Of a stretch of 64,000 nucleotides of DNA, positions 38,585 to 48,688 are shown piece by piece. The notes under the pieces are model-generated. The model searched no databases. It was not told the DNA's origin and worked only from the letters and a program-made list of their open reading frames with translations. The translations under genes and the position numbers were made by a program. Location of the stretch: positions 1 through 64,000 of IMG/VR virus record IMGVR_UViG_3300020156_000025; one strand, given 5' to 3'. Every line of letters begins with the position of its first letter. Position 1 is the stretch's first letter. Origin of the DNA: a virus.

Positions 38585-38845
38585 GGTGGGCGTCGGTTTC
38601 CCGCGCCGGGGGGTGCACAAGGGGAGCCGTCCATAAGAGACTAAAGTCACACCCCGCGCGCATGATCCAAGGGGAGGCATGCCGCGGGGTGTTTCGTGCC
38701 CGCGTGTCACACTCTATAATACGGCGTGCCGTGTAACCGCTGCTAACCCCCCGGAACCGAAAATAATCGGATTTCGCCGTCAAGTAATACTCAATGAGTT
38801 ACGACGATTTATACCCCTCGTTAATGCAAACTTTGCAAAATCGAC

Positions 38846-38873
38846 TTGCTAAACGAAACCCGGACTGTATCCT
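38846..38873 (+). promoter_or_regulatory. early promoter repeat
   Basis: TTGCTA-AACGAAACCCGGACTG-TATCCT. Confidence 0.7.
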
Positions 38874-38900
38874 GTGGACACATTCGATCTGCTTCCGCCC

Positions 38901-39236
38901 ATGACTCTCGCCACTAAAATCCGCCGCCGCTTGTCCGCCCTTGAACGGGTGCTGAATCGCCGCAACCCTTACAGCCATCCTAGCTATGGACGTGCGTATG
39001 ATACGTCGCTGAAAATTGGAGGAAAATTCGTTTCCCTGACTCGGCTAGGTGTTACCACTGAACTGTTCGAGGTGGGGTTCGATTACACGGAACTCTCCGT
39101 CTATTCGGTATACGTGAAGCCCTCCGATGAGCCTCTGGCCACCAGCCAATTCATGGTGTTCGGCGCAAACACGCCATCCGAGGTTCTTTCAATCCTGAAC
39201 CAATACTGGCCTTCCGCGCTCTGCCGCCCCGCCTGA
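38901..39236 (+). CDS. hypothetical early protein (lower GC)
   Basis: First ORF after the promoter. Confidence 0.55.
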   Translation: MTLATKIRRRLSALERVLNRRNPYSHPSYGRAYDTSLKIGGKFVSLTRLGVTTELFEVGFDYTELSVYSVYVKPSDEPLATSQFMVFGANTPSEVLSILNQYWPSALCRPA

Positions 39237-39286
39237 TTTTTGCACACTGTTCAAAACCGCCTGAAACCCTCCACCCTCACACGACC

Positions 39287-39559
39287 ATGCAAACGATTTC
39301 CGGATACTACGAATTGAAAGGTTCCACGTGGAACATCGAGGCCGAGGTGGAGACCTCGGAGGTGGCATGCGGGGTGGAAGCCCGCCGGGGCCGCGAAGGT
39401 GCGGAAACCCGCGACCTGACCCGCACCGCACCGACCGCCCTTGCCGACGTGACCGTCCGCCGCGTGCTGCCCGACGGGCGCACCGGGGAGATTGTCCGGG
39501 GAGAGGAAAAACAGGAACTCGCCGCCGCGCTGCTGGAGCAGCTTGCGGAAATGTGGTGA
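39287..39559 (+). CDS. hypothetical protein
   Basis: ORF with A/C-rich leader. Confidence 0.6.
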   Translation: MQTISGYYELKGSTWNIEAEVETSEVACGVEARRGREGAETRDLTRTAPTALADVTVRRVLPDGRTGEIVRGEEKQELAAALLEQLAEMW

Positions 39560-39568
39560 CGCAAAATC

Positions 39569-39597
39569 TTGCTAAACGAAACCCGGTGCCGCATGCT
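39569..39597 (+). promoter_or_regulatory. early promoter repeat
   Basis: TTGCTA-17 nt (AACGAAACCCGGTGCCG)-CATGCT. Confidence 0.7.
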
Positions 39598-39641
39598 GCG
39601 CACCGTTCGCAAATCGAAACCGACCGACCAAATACCGACCG

Positions 39642-41291
39642 ATGAGTGCAAAGAGTGATTATACCGATACGATGGACGTGCATAACCTAGCCGGGGTGGG
39701 GGTGTTCCTGACCCGGACAAGGGAACCTAACCGCACGATCGACGCCTTGCGGGAACTGGCGCAGAAGGACGGGCAGCCGTTCGAGAAGTGGGACCTCGCG
39801 ATGGGGTGGCAGAAGTGGGTGATGCGCAATAACGTCATCGTGCACGAGAAGGACGGGTTGACGGAGCCGCTGGCCGCGCTCAAGAGCGTCGGGGGGATGC
39901 CGACGGGGACGCCCAAGACCGGGTGGAGCGTGATGGAGTGCATGCACCCGTTCCTAGGGGGGTATTCGGGACCGCCGAATCCGACGATGGTGCAGGTGCT
40001 TCGGCACTATGCGTTCACTTTCGCGGAAACGGGGCAGCGGCTGGTGATCGTGGCCCCGGAGGGTTTCACGCTGCCGCAGGAACTCCAGCACGATCTGGTG
40101 GTGGTGGATTATGACCTGCCCGACAAGGAGGAGCTTGACGGAATGCTGGACGCCGCCCTTGCGTTCGCGTTCAAGGACCCCCGGCAGAGGGCGAGCGTGT
40201 TCACCGCGGAGCAGCGTGAAACGCTGGTCGGGAACGCGTCGGGAATGACCCGTCTTGAGGCGGAGGGGGCGTTCGCGGAAGCCGTGGTGCGGAACCGGAA
40301 ACATTTGTCCGACCCGATCCCGAACCTGCCCTTCGAGCAGATGAACCGGGTGGTGATGAGCGCCAAGACGCAGGTGGTGAAACGCTCGGAGGTGCTGGAA
40401 CTGATGCCGGTCGGGAACATGGCCGAGGTGGCGGGACTGGAGAATCTCAAGAGCTGGGTGCGCCGCCGCAAAACCTGCTTCACGAAGGCGGCGGAGGCCG
40501 CGGGGGTTGACCGCCCGAGGGGGTGCGCGCTGATCGGACCGCCGGGAACGGGAAAGAGTCTCTCGGCCAAGGCGATCGCGCACGAGCTGGGAATCCAGTT
40601 GATCCGCTTCGACGTGGGGCGGGTGTTCGGTTCGCTGATCGGGCAATCGGAACAGCGGGTGCGCGCCGCGTTGAAACACTTGGAGGCGATGGCCCCGTGC
40701 GTGGCCTTCATCGACGAGGTGGACAAGGCGGGGTTCGATCCGCGCCAAGGAGGCGGGGATTCGGGGGTGGGGAAAAGGGTGATGGGGTCGATCCTGACGT
40801 TCATGCAGGAGACCACGCAGCCGGTGTTCTGGCTGTTCACCGCGAACCGGGTATCCGGGATGCCGCCGGAGATGCTCCGCAAGGGGCGTCTGGACGAGGT
40901 GTTCGCCGTGATGCCGCCCACGTCGGCGGAACGCATGCAGGTGCTGCGCTTGCACCTTGCCAAGCGGAAACAGGACCCCGACAAGATCAAAGGACTGGAA
41001 CGGGTGGTGGCCATCAGCGAAGGCTACGTCCCGGCGGAAATCGAGGCCGCGGTGAAGGAGGCCGTGGTGCGCGTGTTCGCCGACGGGATCGAACTGACGG
41101 CGGACATCCTGTGCGAGGAATTGCAGAACATGAAACCGATGAAGGATGCCTTCCCGGAGGATTTCGCGGAGATGAACGCGTGGGCGGAGAACAACGCCCG
41201 GCACGCGTCGGAGCCGGAAACGGAACTCGCCGTGGTGATGGTGAACCCGACGCAAGGGGGAGTCCGCCGCCGCAGGGGGGGCAACCTGTAG
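39642..41291 (+). CDS. AAA+ ATPase, Ycf46-like
   Basis: Degenerate N-terminal AAA; VAGLENLKSW, GPPGTGKSL, FIDEVDK, TAN, LRKGRLDE. Confidence 0.88.
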   Translation: MSAKSDYTDTMDVHNLAGVGVFLTRTREPNRTIDALRELAQKDGQPFEKWDLAMGWQKWVMRNNVIVHEKDGLTEPLAALKSVGGMPTGTPKTGWSVMECMHPFLGGYSGPPNPTMVQVLRHYAFTFAETGQRLVIVAPEGFTLPQELQHDLVVVDYDLPDKEELDGMLDAALAFAFKDPRQRASVFTAEQRETLVGNASGMTRLEAEGAFAEAVVRNRKHLSDPIPNLPFEQMNRVVMSAKTQVVKRSEVLELMPVGNMAEVAGLENLKSWVRRRKTCFTKAAEAAGVDRPRGCALIGPPGTGKSLSAKAIAHELGIQLIRFDVGRVFGSLIGQSEQRVRAALKHLEAMAPCVAFIDEVDKAGFDPRQGGGDSGVGKRVMGSILTFMQETTQPVFWLFTANRVSGMPPEMLRKGRLDEVFAVMPPTSAERMQVLRLHLAKRKQDPDKIKGLERVVAISEGYVPAEIEAAVKEAVVRVFADGIELTADILCEELQNMKPMKDAFPEDFAEMNAWAENNARHASEPETELAVVMVNPTQGGVRRRRGGNL

Positions 41292-41385
41292 GAGGATTTC
41301 AACCGGGGGACGCGGGGCGGCGGTTTTCTGTAAGGGAACGTCTTTGCAAACTTTGCAGAATCCGCCCCGTCTCCCCCGTATTTTA

Positions 41386-41414
41386 TTGCTAAACGAAACC
41401 CGATACCCTAACCT
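41386..41414 (+). promoter_or_regulatory. early promoter repeat
   Basis: TTGCTA-17 nt (AACGAAACCCGATACCC)-TAACCT. Confidence 0.7.
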
Positions 41415-41466
41415 GTCCTTGTCGCCCGCCAAACCGCGACTTTCCACTCCAAACCGCCAAACCGCC

Positions 41467-42096
41467 ATGCCTGCGATCCAGACCCTCACGGGGGATGTCA
41501 ATCTCCGCGCCGCTTCCGCCAAATGCCACGTGTGGCATGCGTCCGCTCCGGGAACCGCCACGTTCGGATTCGCGGAAGCGTTGCTCTTCGTCAACGCCCG
41601 CAACGGGAGGGGGGCGAGCACGCTGTCGATGCCCGATCCGCAGGGTTCGGTGCTTGGATTCTCCCCGGACATCGGGGGGAAGATGACCGCCGCCGCGTAT
41701 GACGTTTGCGAAGGGGAAATCCTGAAACTCATATCATCCGTGCGTTCGGGGCCGATGGCGGTGCACCAGTGCGCGACCATGTTCCTGCGGGTGCGGGCCA
41801 ACGCCGCGGTGCAGCGGGTGGACATGCCGCTCTTGAACGATCCGTCGTGCAGGTTTACCGGGGGCTTCATCCAAGGACCTTTCGACGTGCTGACGCCCGA
41901 GCAGGTGGACGCGCTGGAAGTCAAGGTGCCCGAGGCGTTCCGCCGCCTGATGATGCCGGGGCCGATGACGGAGCGGCTGTTCCGTGTCACTGTCCTGCAA
42001 GAGGCGAAGGCGGAGGTGGTGGCCGTGACCATGCGCGACGGGAAACAGGTGCAGGTGGAGACCGCCGTGCGCCGCCGCAAGCTCCGTCTCGACTGA
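41467..42096 (+). CDS. hypothetical protein
   Basis: ORF after the promoter; ends AVRRRKLRLD. Confidence 0.65.
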   Translation: MPAIQTLTGDVNLRAASAKCHVWHASAPGTATFGFAEALLFVNARNGRGASTLSMPDPQGSVLGFSPDIGGKMTAAAYDVCEGEILKLISSVRSGPMAVHQCATMFLRVRANAAVQRVDMPLLNDPSCRFTGGFIQGPFDVLTPEQVDALEVKVPEAFRRLMMPGPMTERLFRVTVLQEAKAEVVAVTMRDGKQVQVETAVRRRKLRLD

Positions 42097-42142
42097 GGAC
42101 CGATTTTCAACCGTAACCAAACAATAACCAGAGCCGACACTT

Positions 42143-42634
42143 ATGAGCCATACCACATCGATCAAAACCGTGGCGATCAAAAGCATCACCGCCGTGCGCG
42201 CCGCGGTGGAGGAGCTGAACCGCAAGGGCATCCGCTGCGAATTGCGGGAAAACTCCGTGCCGCGCATGTATTACCCGAACCAGCTACAGATGCACAAGGG
42301 GCGCAAGAACGAGATCGCGGATGCCGTGATCCATCTTCCGGGTTCGCGGTATGACGTGGCGCTGCTCAAGCAGGAGGACGGCAGCTACGAATGCGTGTTC
42401 GACGATTGGCAGAAGGAGGTGGCGAAGGTGCTGGGGCAGCCGTTCAAGGGCACCACGGAGCACTGGAGCGGAAACCGCCCGGACACCGAGCAGACGTTGC
42501 ATTCGGTGGGGAAATTCTTGCAGGAATACTCGGTGTGCGCCGCGGTGGAAGCGGCGACGATGGCCGGGTATTCGGTGCTCGGGCATTCGACCGATGCCAA
42601 CGGGTGCGTGCAACTGCAAATCTCCGTGGACTGA
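42143..42634 (+). CDS. DUF1257 (Ycf35-like) protein
   Basis: MSHTTSIKT..IK....AAVEEL...YDVAL.KQEDGSYE..FDDW...LQEY. Confidence 0.7.
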   Translation: MSHTTSIKTVAIKSITAVRAAVEELNRKGIRCELRENSVPRMYYPNQLQMHKGRKNEIADAVIHLPGSRYDVALLKQEDGSYECVFDDWQKEVAKVLGQPFKGTTEHWSGNRPDTEQTLHSVGKFLQEYSVCAAVEAATMAGYSVLGHSTDANGCVQLQISVD

Positions 42635-42684
42635 AACCCGCCCGCCCTTGACTCCCGCCCTCTCATCTTCCGATCCGAATTCTC

Positions 42685-42882
42685 ATGAAGACCATAACCG
42701 TTACCATTGATCAGGTAGGCCGCCCGAAAATCGAAGCAAACGGCTTCGCGGGTTGCGGATGCACGGACGCTACCCGTCCGATTGAAAACGCATTCTCCAC
42801 CAATCCCGCCGACAAGGTGGTGGACGTGAAGCCCGAGATGCACCAAGGCGGGGAGATGGAACACCATCTCTACCAGCAGTAA
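42685..42882 (+). CDS. DUF2997 protein
   Basis: ITVTID..G...IEANGFAGCGC.DAT..IE.A. Confidence 0.75.
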   Translation: MKTITVTIDQVGRPKIEANGFAGCGCTDATRPIENAFSTNPADKVVDVKPEMHQGGEMEHHLYQQ

Positions 42883-43019
42883 CCCTTTCTCGCCCGGCCC
42901 CCCGGAGACAACACAGTGAACGCGGGGAGGGGTAACACCCTCCAGAACCCCCCGGAATCCCCCTCCCCGCTTCACCCTTCCCTTTCCCTTTTCCTTTCCA
43001 CACCAACCGCCAAACCACC

Positions 43020-43391
43020 ATGAACACACAGCTTATCACGATCGCCCCGGACGGATCGATTTCCGGACTCGACTTCAAACGCAAGGGTCTCGACCTGCGA
43101 CAATTCGGACACGCCGCGACGCGCCGCATCTCGGAGGTGGAGTGGGATGAGGAGCGCCAGAAATGGCGGGTGGTGTTCCTGATGGGGGGATGGGCCGGTG
43201 ACGTGGCCACCGCGGAACATTGCGTGCGGGTGGGGTTGCCGCTGCCGGGGTCCGCAACGCTGGCGGACGGGGCGGTCAAGCCAAAGAACATGCTCATGTT
43301 CACCGATTATGAAGACGCGGTGGCATTTGAAATCACGATTGTGCAGGCCGCGCGCCTGTCCGGGAATGCCGCCCTTGTAGGGAACGCCTGA
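43020..43391 (+). CDS. hypothetical protein associated with the DUF2997 module
   Basis: ITIAPDGSI...RRISEVE...A..FE. Confidence 0.6.
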   Translation: MNTQLITIAPDGSISGLDFKRKGLDLRQFGHAATRRISEVEWDEERQKWRVVFLMGGWAGDVATAEHCVRVGLPLPGSATLADGAVKPKNMLMFTDYEDAVAFEITIVQAARLSGNAALVGNA

Positions 43392-43417
43392 ACTTCACCC
43401 TGAACCACATTAATCCG

Positions 43418-43606
43418 ATGAGTCCTGAACGATTTCTTACCTGCCTGAACCTGCTTATCTTCGCCGCTGCGGGGGCTACCTTGGTCTTTTTTATCCGTGA
43501 TGCGAACGCGCTCGCGAGGGTGAGTCCGGAAGCGGGAAAAGCCGTGTGGTCCTTGTTCTGGTTCATGATTGCGGTTGCCAATCTTCCCTCCTACCCGCGC
43601 CGATGA
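43418..43606 (+). CDS. small membrane protein
   Basis: 62 aa, two hydrophobic segments, ATGA-coupled to the next gene. Confidence 0.55.
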   Translation: MSPERFLTCLNLLIFAAAGATLVFFIRDANALARVSPEAGKAVWSLFWFMIAVANLPSYPRR

Positions 43607-43977
43607 AAACGCACCTGATTCATTTCGTTCCGGAAATCGACCTGTCCTTGACCCATGCCGAAATGGCCCTGCTGTGGGCGTCGGCAAACGTTCATCCCGC
43701 CGCAAGGGAACACGCCGGGTTCTTCGGGCACATGCTGATCCGGCAGAAGGACGGGGGTGAGGCGTGCGAGCACCGGCTGACACAGGCTCAGGTGACGCTG
43801 TTGATCGAGGTGCTGGAAGGGCCTAAACTGCATGCCGACGAGGAAACCCTGAATGATCTGCACCGGCTTAAAATCGACCTTTACGGGGCGCTGGAGGCGA
43901 TGGCCGCAATGGAGGGGACGATTCCCGCCGTGGAGGCTGCACCGCCTGCGACCGACTCCTCCACCCGGAAGGGGTAA
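43603..43977 (+). CDS. hypothetical protein
   Basis: ATGA-coupled ORF. Confidence 0.55.
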   Translation: MKTHLIHFVPEIDLSLTHAEMALLWASANVHPAAREHAGFFGHMLIRQKDGGEACEHRLTQAQVTLLIEVLEGPKLHADEETLNDLHRLKIDLYGALEAMAAMEGTIPAVEAAPPATDSSTRKG

Positions 43978-44039
43978 GAACAACCGTTCCGGGAAACATT
44001 GCACTGACAACCGACCGAATATCAACCGACCGAACCACC

Positions 44040-44531
44040 ATGAAAATTCAACTCGACTCATCCGCACTCACGACCCTGATGGAGGCCGCGGGGCCGGAAT
44101 TCATCGTCGAAATCACGCAGGCCGTGGCCGATAACTTTTCCCGCCGCTACCTGCATTCGCTGGCGTCCGCGCCCGAAATCAAACAATCTCTGGAGAGAGC
44201 CCGGACGGCGGTGAACGATGCCGTGAGGGAGGAATTCATGAAAATGTTCGGGAGTCTAGACACCCGGACCTACCTCGGGAACGTGCGGGTGAACCTGCGA
44301 CCGGAGGTCAAGGAGGCGATCCGGGGACACGCGCTCGAATGCTACCAGACCGACCTGCGCGAGGCGGTGAAGGAGGAGGTGGGGAGACTTTCCCGGGAAG
44401 TGATCGAGGACCGGGTGAACAGGCGGCTGGAGCGGCTGATGGACGAGGAGATCAACGAACGCGCGCAGAAATTGTTCAACGCGAAGCTCGCGGAATTCCG
44501 CCGGGCTGCGGATGCCGCAACCGCGACGTGA
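44040..44531 (+). CDS. hypothetical helical protein
   Basis: ORF with A/C-rich leader. Confidence 0.6.
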   Translation: MKIQLDSSALTTLMEAAGPEFIVEITQAVADNFSRRYLHSLASAPEIKQSLERARTAVNDAVREEFMKMFGSLDTRTYLGNVRVNLRPEVKEAIRGHALECYQTDLREAVKEEVGRLSREVIEDRVNRRLERLMDEEINERAQKLFNAKLAEFRRAADAATAT

Positions 44532-44793
44532 GGATTTCCCGCCGGGTGCTTGGCGGTGCCCGGAGGGGGTTGACAGTGGAAAGACAAAACGCCCGGTTCC
44601 CTTTGGCGGGGAACCGGGCGAATTGCTCTCTGACTAACACGACTCGTGAAGGTTTGCCGGGGCGGCTCGCTGCCTGCGACACCCCGGGACCTGCAAGCGC
44701 GGCCACTCTCGGACGGGAGGGGCGGGGGAGGCAAGGCAAAATTTCCTTGAGTCGTCCGGACGGGAACATACCGTAAGGATTCCTGAATAACCG

Positions 44794-45249
44794 ATGAGAA
44801 AAACCGATTCTCGGGGAAAGCTGCCCTCCCCGGCGCAATTGCGGGCACGCGCGTGGAGAAAGAAGGCGGAGGGGTGGGCGGAGTGGCTCGATCCGGACGA
44901 GCATGCCGTGGCGATGCACGTGCACAATTGCACGGCGGGGATGACGTGCGACGCGTCGGGAATCCTCTGTCCGCACCATTTCACGGAGGGGTTGTTTTAC
45001 CATGACACGCTGATCGTGCATCCGCCGCGGATCGCGGGGTTGTGCTGGGAACGGGTGAGGGGGTTGCTGGAGACGCTGGTGCGGAGGGGGGCGCTGCACA
45101 TGGAGGAGGCGGGGGACAGGGACGGGACGCATTTCTGGTTCACGCTGCGATACGGATGGAAGCCGGGGAAACGGGAACAGAAGAGGATCGCCCTTGCACG
45201 TGCGCTGGAGCGCGAAGCTTACGGGGAGAAAGGAGAAGGGGAGCGATGA
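44794..45249 (+). CDS. hypothetical protein
   Basis: ATGA-coupled to the replication initiator. Confidence 0.55.
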   Translation: MRKTDSRGKLPSPAQLRARAWRKKAEGWAEWLDPDEHAVAMHVHNCTAGMTCDASGILCPHHFTEGLFYHDTLIVHPPRIAGLCWERVRGLLETLVRRGALHMEEAGDRDGTHFWFTLRYGWKPGKREQKRIALARALEREAYGEKGEGER

Positions 45250-46619
45250 TCGCGGAATTCGAGACCAAGGAGGAGGAGCAGGCGTATTTCGGATCGTTCT
45301 ACAGATACAAGCTGTGGAGCATGCGGATGATCCGCGACTGGTGGCCGCTGCTGACGAACTCGCAGAGGATCGTGCTGACCTTCGTGTTCGACCGCACGAT
45401 CGGGTGGCGGAAGAGATGGGAGCAGGTGACGTTGCACCACCTGACCCACGGGGTGGAGTCGGAGGACGGGAAGGAATGGATCGGGGGAACGGGGTTGTCG
45501 AAACCGACCCTGATCGAGGCGATGCGGGGGTTGCGGGACATGGGGTTGATACTGGACCGGTGGAACCCGCAGAGGCAGCGCAACGAAATCTGCATCGAAC
45601 TGGAATGGAACCTCGTGGAAGGGGAAACGATCGAAACGAGCCGACATATGGGAGGATTACCGGAACCGAAGAGAGGGCACCGCGGGGGGCGCGGGGCGGG
45701 GAATTTTGCAAACCGTGCAAAGCCCGGAAGGGGGGAAGGGGAGGTCCCGGAAGGGGGGGAGGGTGTAAAGAAACCTTACCCTGCGGGTGTAAAGAAACTT
45801 TACCCTAATAATAAGAAAGGGAAAAACCATAGGTTGAATGCTACGCATTCAACGGGTTCCCCGGGGGAAGGGGAGGCTCCGGGGACGGAGGGGGAGACCC
45901 CTGCCGATGCCGATGCAGCACCCGCTGCCGCCCTTGCCGATGTCGCCGCATCCGCTCTTGCCCGCACGCGGGAACGCCGGGAGGCGAAAAAGGGGAAGGG
46001 AGGAGCCGCGGGGATCGCGGCGGTGTGGGACGACGCGGTGCGTGCCGCCTTGCCCGATGCGCCGCGGGTGGCGGTGACGAAGGCGGACGTGGCAATCCTC
46101 GGGAAATATGCCCGCCGTTTCGCTGCCGCGAATCCCGCGACGCCGTTCGCGGAATACGTGGGGTGGTGCGTAGGGTGGTGGGCGGTGATCCGCGCGCAGG
46201 AGTTCGGGTGGATGCGGGACGGGGGGCCGGAGTTGCCGTCGATCCGCTTTCTCGTGAAGTTCTCGGACCGGTTCGAGCAATGCCACGCGCACCGCGCCGC
46301 CCTTGAGCAGAGGGCCGCGATGACGGCGAGGGAACTGGAGATCGACCGCAGGGTGCGGAGGGGGCAGACGCGGGACGCCGCGGAGCTGGAGGTGGACAAG
46401 GTGGACGCGCTGCGCCGGGAGCAGCGGAAGTTGGAGGATGCGCGGAGGGCGCTGGCGCAGGAGCGCAGGATGGGGGAGGCGGCGTCGGCCCGGAGAGCGG
46501 AGGCGGAACGGCGGAAGGCGGAACTGCGGGAACGCCGGGAACGCATCGACGTTGCCCGCCGCCGCGCCGCGGAATCGCCCGATCCGTCCGGGGCCGGGGG
46601 CTTCGGAACGTGGGATTAG
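45246..46619 (+). CDS. replication initiator (lambda O-like N-terminal wHTH)
   Basis: LTNSQRIVL..V.DRTIGWRK....V...GTGLSK.T....L.DMGLI; internal direct repeats; upstream of DnaC-like and DnaB genes. Confidence 0.7.
   Translation: MIAEFETKEEEQAYFGSFYRYKLWSMRMIRDWWPLLTNSQRIVLTFVFDRTIGWRKRWEQVTLHHLTHGVESEDGKEWIGGTGLSKPTLIEAMRGLRDMGLILDRWNPQRQRNEICIELEWNLVEGETIETSRHMGGLPEPKRGHRGGRGAGNFANRAKPGRGEGEVPEGGEGVKKPYPAGVKKLYPNNKKGKNHRLNATHSTGSPGEGEAPGTEGETPADADAAPAAALADVAASALARTRERREAKKGKGGAAGIAAVWDDAVRAALPDAPRVAVTKADVAILGKYARRFAAANPATPFAEYVGWCVGWWAVIRAQEFGWMRDGGPELPSIRFLVKFSDRFEQCHAHRAALEQRAAMTARELEIDRRVRRGQTRDAAELEVDKVDALRREQRKLEDARRALAQERRMGEAASARRAEAERRKAELRERRERIDVARRRAAESPDPSGAGGFGTWD
45761..45806. 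repeat. iteron-like tandem repeat (candidate replication origin)
   Basis: GGGTGTAAAGAAACCTTACCCT (45761-45782) and GGGTGTAAAGAAACTTTACCCT (45785-45806), followed by an A-rich tract. Confidence 0.7.
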
Positions 46620-46704
46620 ACGGAAACATTGCAAGGCTGCCGGGGTGTGACCATGATTGGCACATGCCCGTTGAACGGAACACCCGACCGAACCCGACTC
46701 ACCG

Positions 46705-47361
46705 ATGATCGAACCGACCGAACCGAACGAAACGACGAAGCCATTGGCCGGACCGCGCAACCTGCTGCCGGATTCGGACGTGGAGAAGATGCTGGAGAAC
46801 GCGGGAATCCCGCGCCGCTGGAGGGGGAAGGAGTGCACGCTGGCGGGGCTCGGGACGGAGCCCGCGAAACTGCTGCGCCAGTGGCTGGAGGGAGGGGAGC
46901 ACCGGGAGGTGACGGGGAGGGTGCTGGACGTGGGGCAGGACTCGCGCGAATCGCTGGACCTGTGCATGCGGCTGGCACGGGGGATGGTGCTGACCGGGTG
47001 CGGGGTGCGGGTAATGTCCATCGTCGCCTTGCTCGACCTGATACAGGGAGGGGAGGACGAGAGGGGGAGGACGATGGCGGAGCTGCTGAACGTGTCGTGG
47101 TTGATGGTGCTGGGGGTGATCGACGCGTGGTCGCCGGAGAACGCGCCGTTCAAGGGGGAGGACAAGTTGCGGCTGGACTGGTTCATGCGCCGCTGGCTGA
47201 TCGACGGGAGGAACCTGATCTTGCAGGGGGACAGGGCGATGGCGGAGGACCGGTTCTGGTCGCAGGGGCTGCGCTCGCTGGCGAACGGGGCGCTGGTGCT
47301 GCCGCCCGTCTTTCCCCCTCGGAACGACTCCCGCACCTTTCACGATACCGCACCTAGATGA
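46705..47361 (+). CDS. DnaC/IstB-like helicase loader, degenerate
   Basis: AGIPRRW...G..V..MS...LLD...LLNVSWLMV; lies between initiator and DnaB; no GKT motif. Confidence 0.5.
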   Translation: MIEPTEPNETTKPLAGPRNLLPDSDVEKMLENAGIPRRWRGKECTLAGLGTEPAKLLRQWLEGGEHREVTGRVLDVGQDSRESLDLCMRLARGMVLTGCGVRVMSIVALLDLIQGGEDERGRTMAELLNVSWLMVLGVIDAWSPENAPFKGEDKLRLDWFMRRWLIDGRNLILQGDRAMAEDRFWSQGLRSLANGALVLPPVFPPRNDSRTFHDTAPR

Positions 47362-48641
47362 GCACGCTCGGGAATCAATTCCTGCGCGCGGTGGTGGATG
47401 CGCAGGACACGGCGGCTTTCCGGCGGACGCAACGGCGTCTGTTCGTGGAGGCGGAGGTGCCGGTGTATGACGCGGTGATGGCGCACGTGATGGCGCACGG
47501 AAGGGTGCCGTCGCTGTCGGCGCTGTCGGTGGCGGGGGTGACGCTGCCGGAGGCGAGGCACGACGAGCCGGTGTCGTGGTTCGCGGAACGTCTCAGGAAC
47601 CGGGCGGCGTGGGGGGCGATGAACGAGAGGCACCCGGCGTTCGTGCAGGCGATGCGCGACAAGGACGTGGTGCAGGCGGAGGCCGTCGCCGCGGAGATGC
47701 TGGCGGAGGCGCGCGCGATGCTCGGGGCCGGGGGGTCGTATTCGTCGTTCGCGGCGGAGGCGGAGGCGATCGGGGCGCTCTACCATTCGGCCAAGATGCA
47801 CACGGGGTTGATGGGGGTGACGATGCGCTGGCCGACGCTGAACGCGCTGACCGACGGGGCGCAAGGGGGGGACGTGATCGCGCTGGTCGGGAGGCCGGGG
47901 GAGGGGAAGTCGTGGAACTTGCAGGAACTCGCCCTTGCCGCGCATGAGGACGGGTTGGAGACGGCGGTGGTTTCGATGGAGATGGGCGTGCGGCAGTTGT
48001 GCCGACGCATGATCGCGCGCAAGATCGGGGCGAATCCGCGGGACATCAAACGGGGAACGCTGCCGCACTGGGCGGAGGGGGATTTGTTCGGGGCCATCGC
48101 GGAGTTGACCGATGCCGCCCCGATGCACGTGCTGGCGGGGGACATGCAGAAGGAGGTGGGGGGAATCGAGAGCATGCTGGACGACCGCAACGTGTCCGCC
48201 CTCTACGTGGACGCGGCTTACCTGCTGTCGCCGTCGGCGAGGATGTCGAACGGGGTGTCGAAGTGGGAGACCATCGGGCAGGTGATCAAGGAATTGAAGC
48301 AGCTTGCGGTGAGGAGGGACATCCCGGTGTTCATCACGGTGCAGTTCAACCGGAACCAGAAACGCAAGGCGTCCCGGGAAATGGACCTCGGGGACATCGC
48401 GGGTTCGGACTCGATCCCGCAGGACTGCTCGATAGTGGTGGGTATCAGGCGGGGACCGGCACCGTTCGACGAGGTGATCCGGGAGCATCACGTGCTCAAG
48501 AACCGGGAGGGGGATGCGGGGAAATACAACGTCAATTTCCGCTTCCAGCCGGTGAATTTCGACGAGGTGGAACTGGAGGTGACGGAGAACGGGAACGCTT
48601 CGGCGGGAGCGCCGTCGGCATCGACCGACTGGATGGTGTAG
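47358..48641 (+). CDS. dnaB: replicative DNA helicase (DnaB-like)
   Basis: GRPGEGKS, SMEM, YVD, LKQLA....IPV...QFNR, SDSIPQD, LKNREG. Confidence 0.92.
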   Translation: MSTLGNQFLRAVVDAQDTAAFRRTQRRLFVEAEVPVYDAVMAHVMAHGRVPSLSALSVAGVTLPEARHDEPVSWFAERLRNRAAWGAMNERHPAFVQAMRDKDVVQAEAVAAEMLAEARAMLGAGGSYSSFAAEAEAIGALYHSAKMHTGLMGVTMRWPTLNALTDGAQGGDVIALVGRPGEGKSWNLQELALAAHEDGLETAVVSMEMGVRQLCRRMIARKIGANPRDIKRGTLPHWAEGDLFGAIAELTDAAPMHVLAGDMQKEVGGIESMLDDRNVSALYVDAAYLLSPSARMSNGVSKWETIGQVIKELKQLAVRRDIPVFITVQFNRNQKRKASREMDLGDIAGSDSIPQDCSIVVGIRRGPAPFDEVIREHHVLKNREGDAGKYNVNFRFQPVNFDEVELEVTENGNASAGAPSASTDWMV

Positions 48642-48688
48642 GCAGGAATATGCACACTTTGCAAAAAGGCACGAAACGGAACGACACG

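Noticed and set aside
38585-38845. tRNA, att site or terminal repeat in the gap between lysis and early genes
   Set aside because: Only an imperfect hairpin (about 38652-38689); no cloverleaf, no integrase, and no long repeat other than the promoter cassette.
47999-48688. Upstream extensions in the ORF track for PolA (also 5398 queE, 6191 folE, 30509, 45042, 52609, 60410)
   Set aside because: They overlap upstream genes in another frame; coupled ATG/GTG starts downstream fit better.
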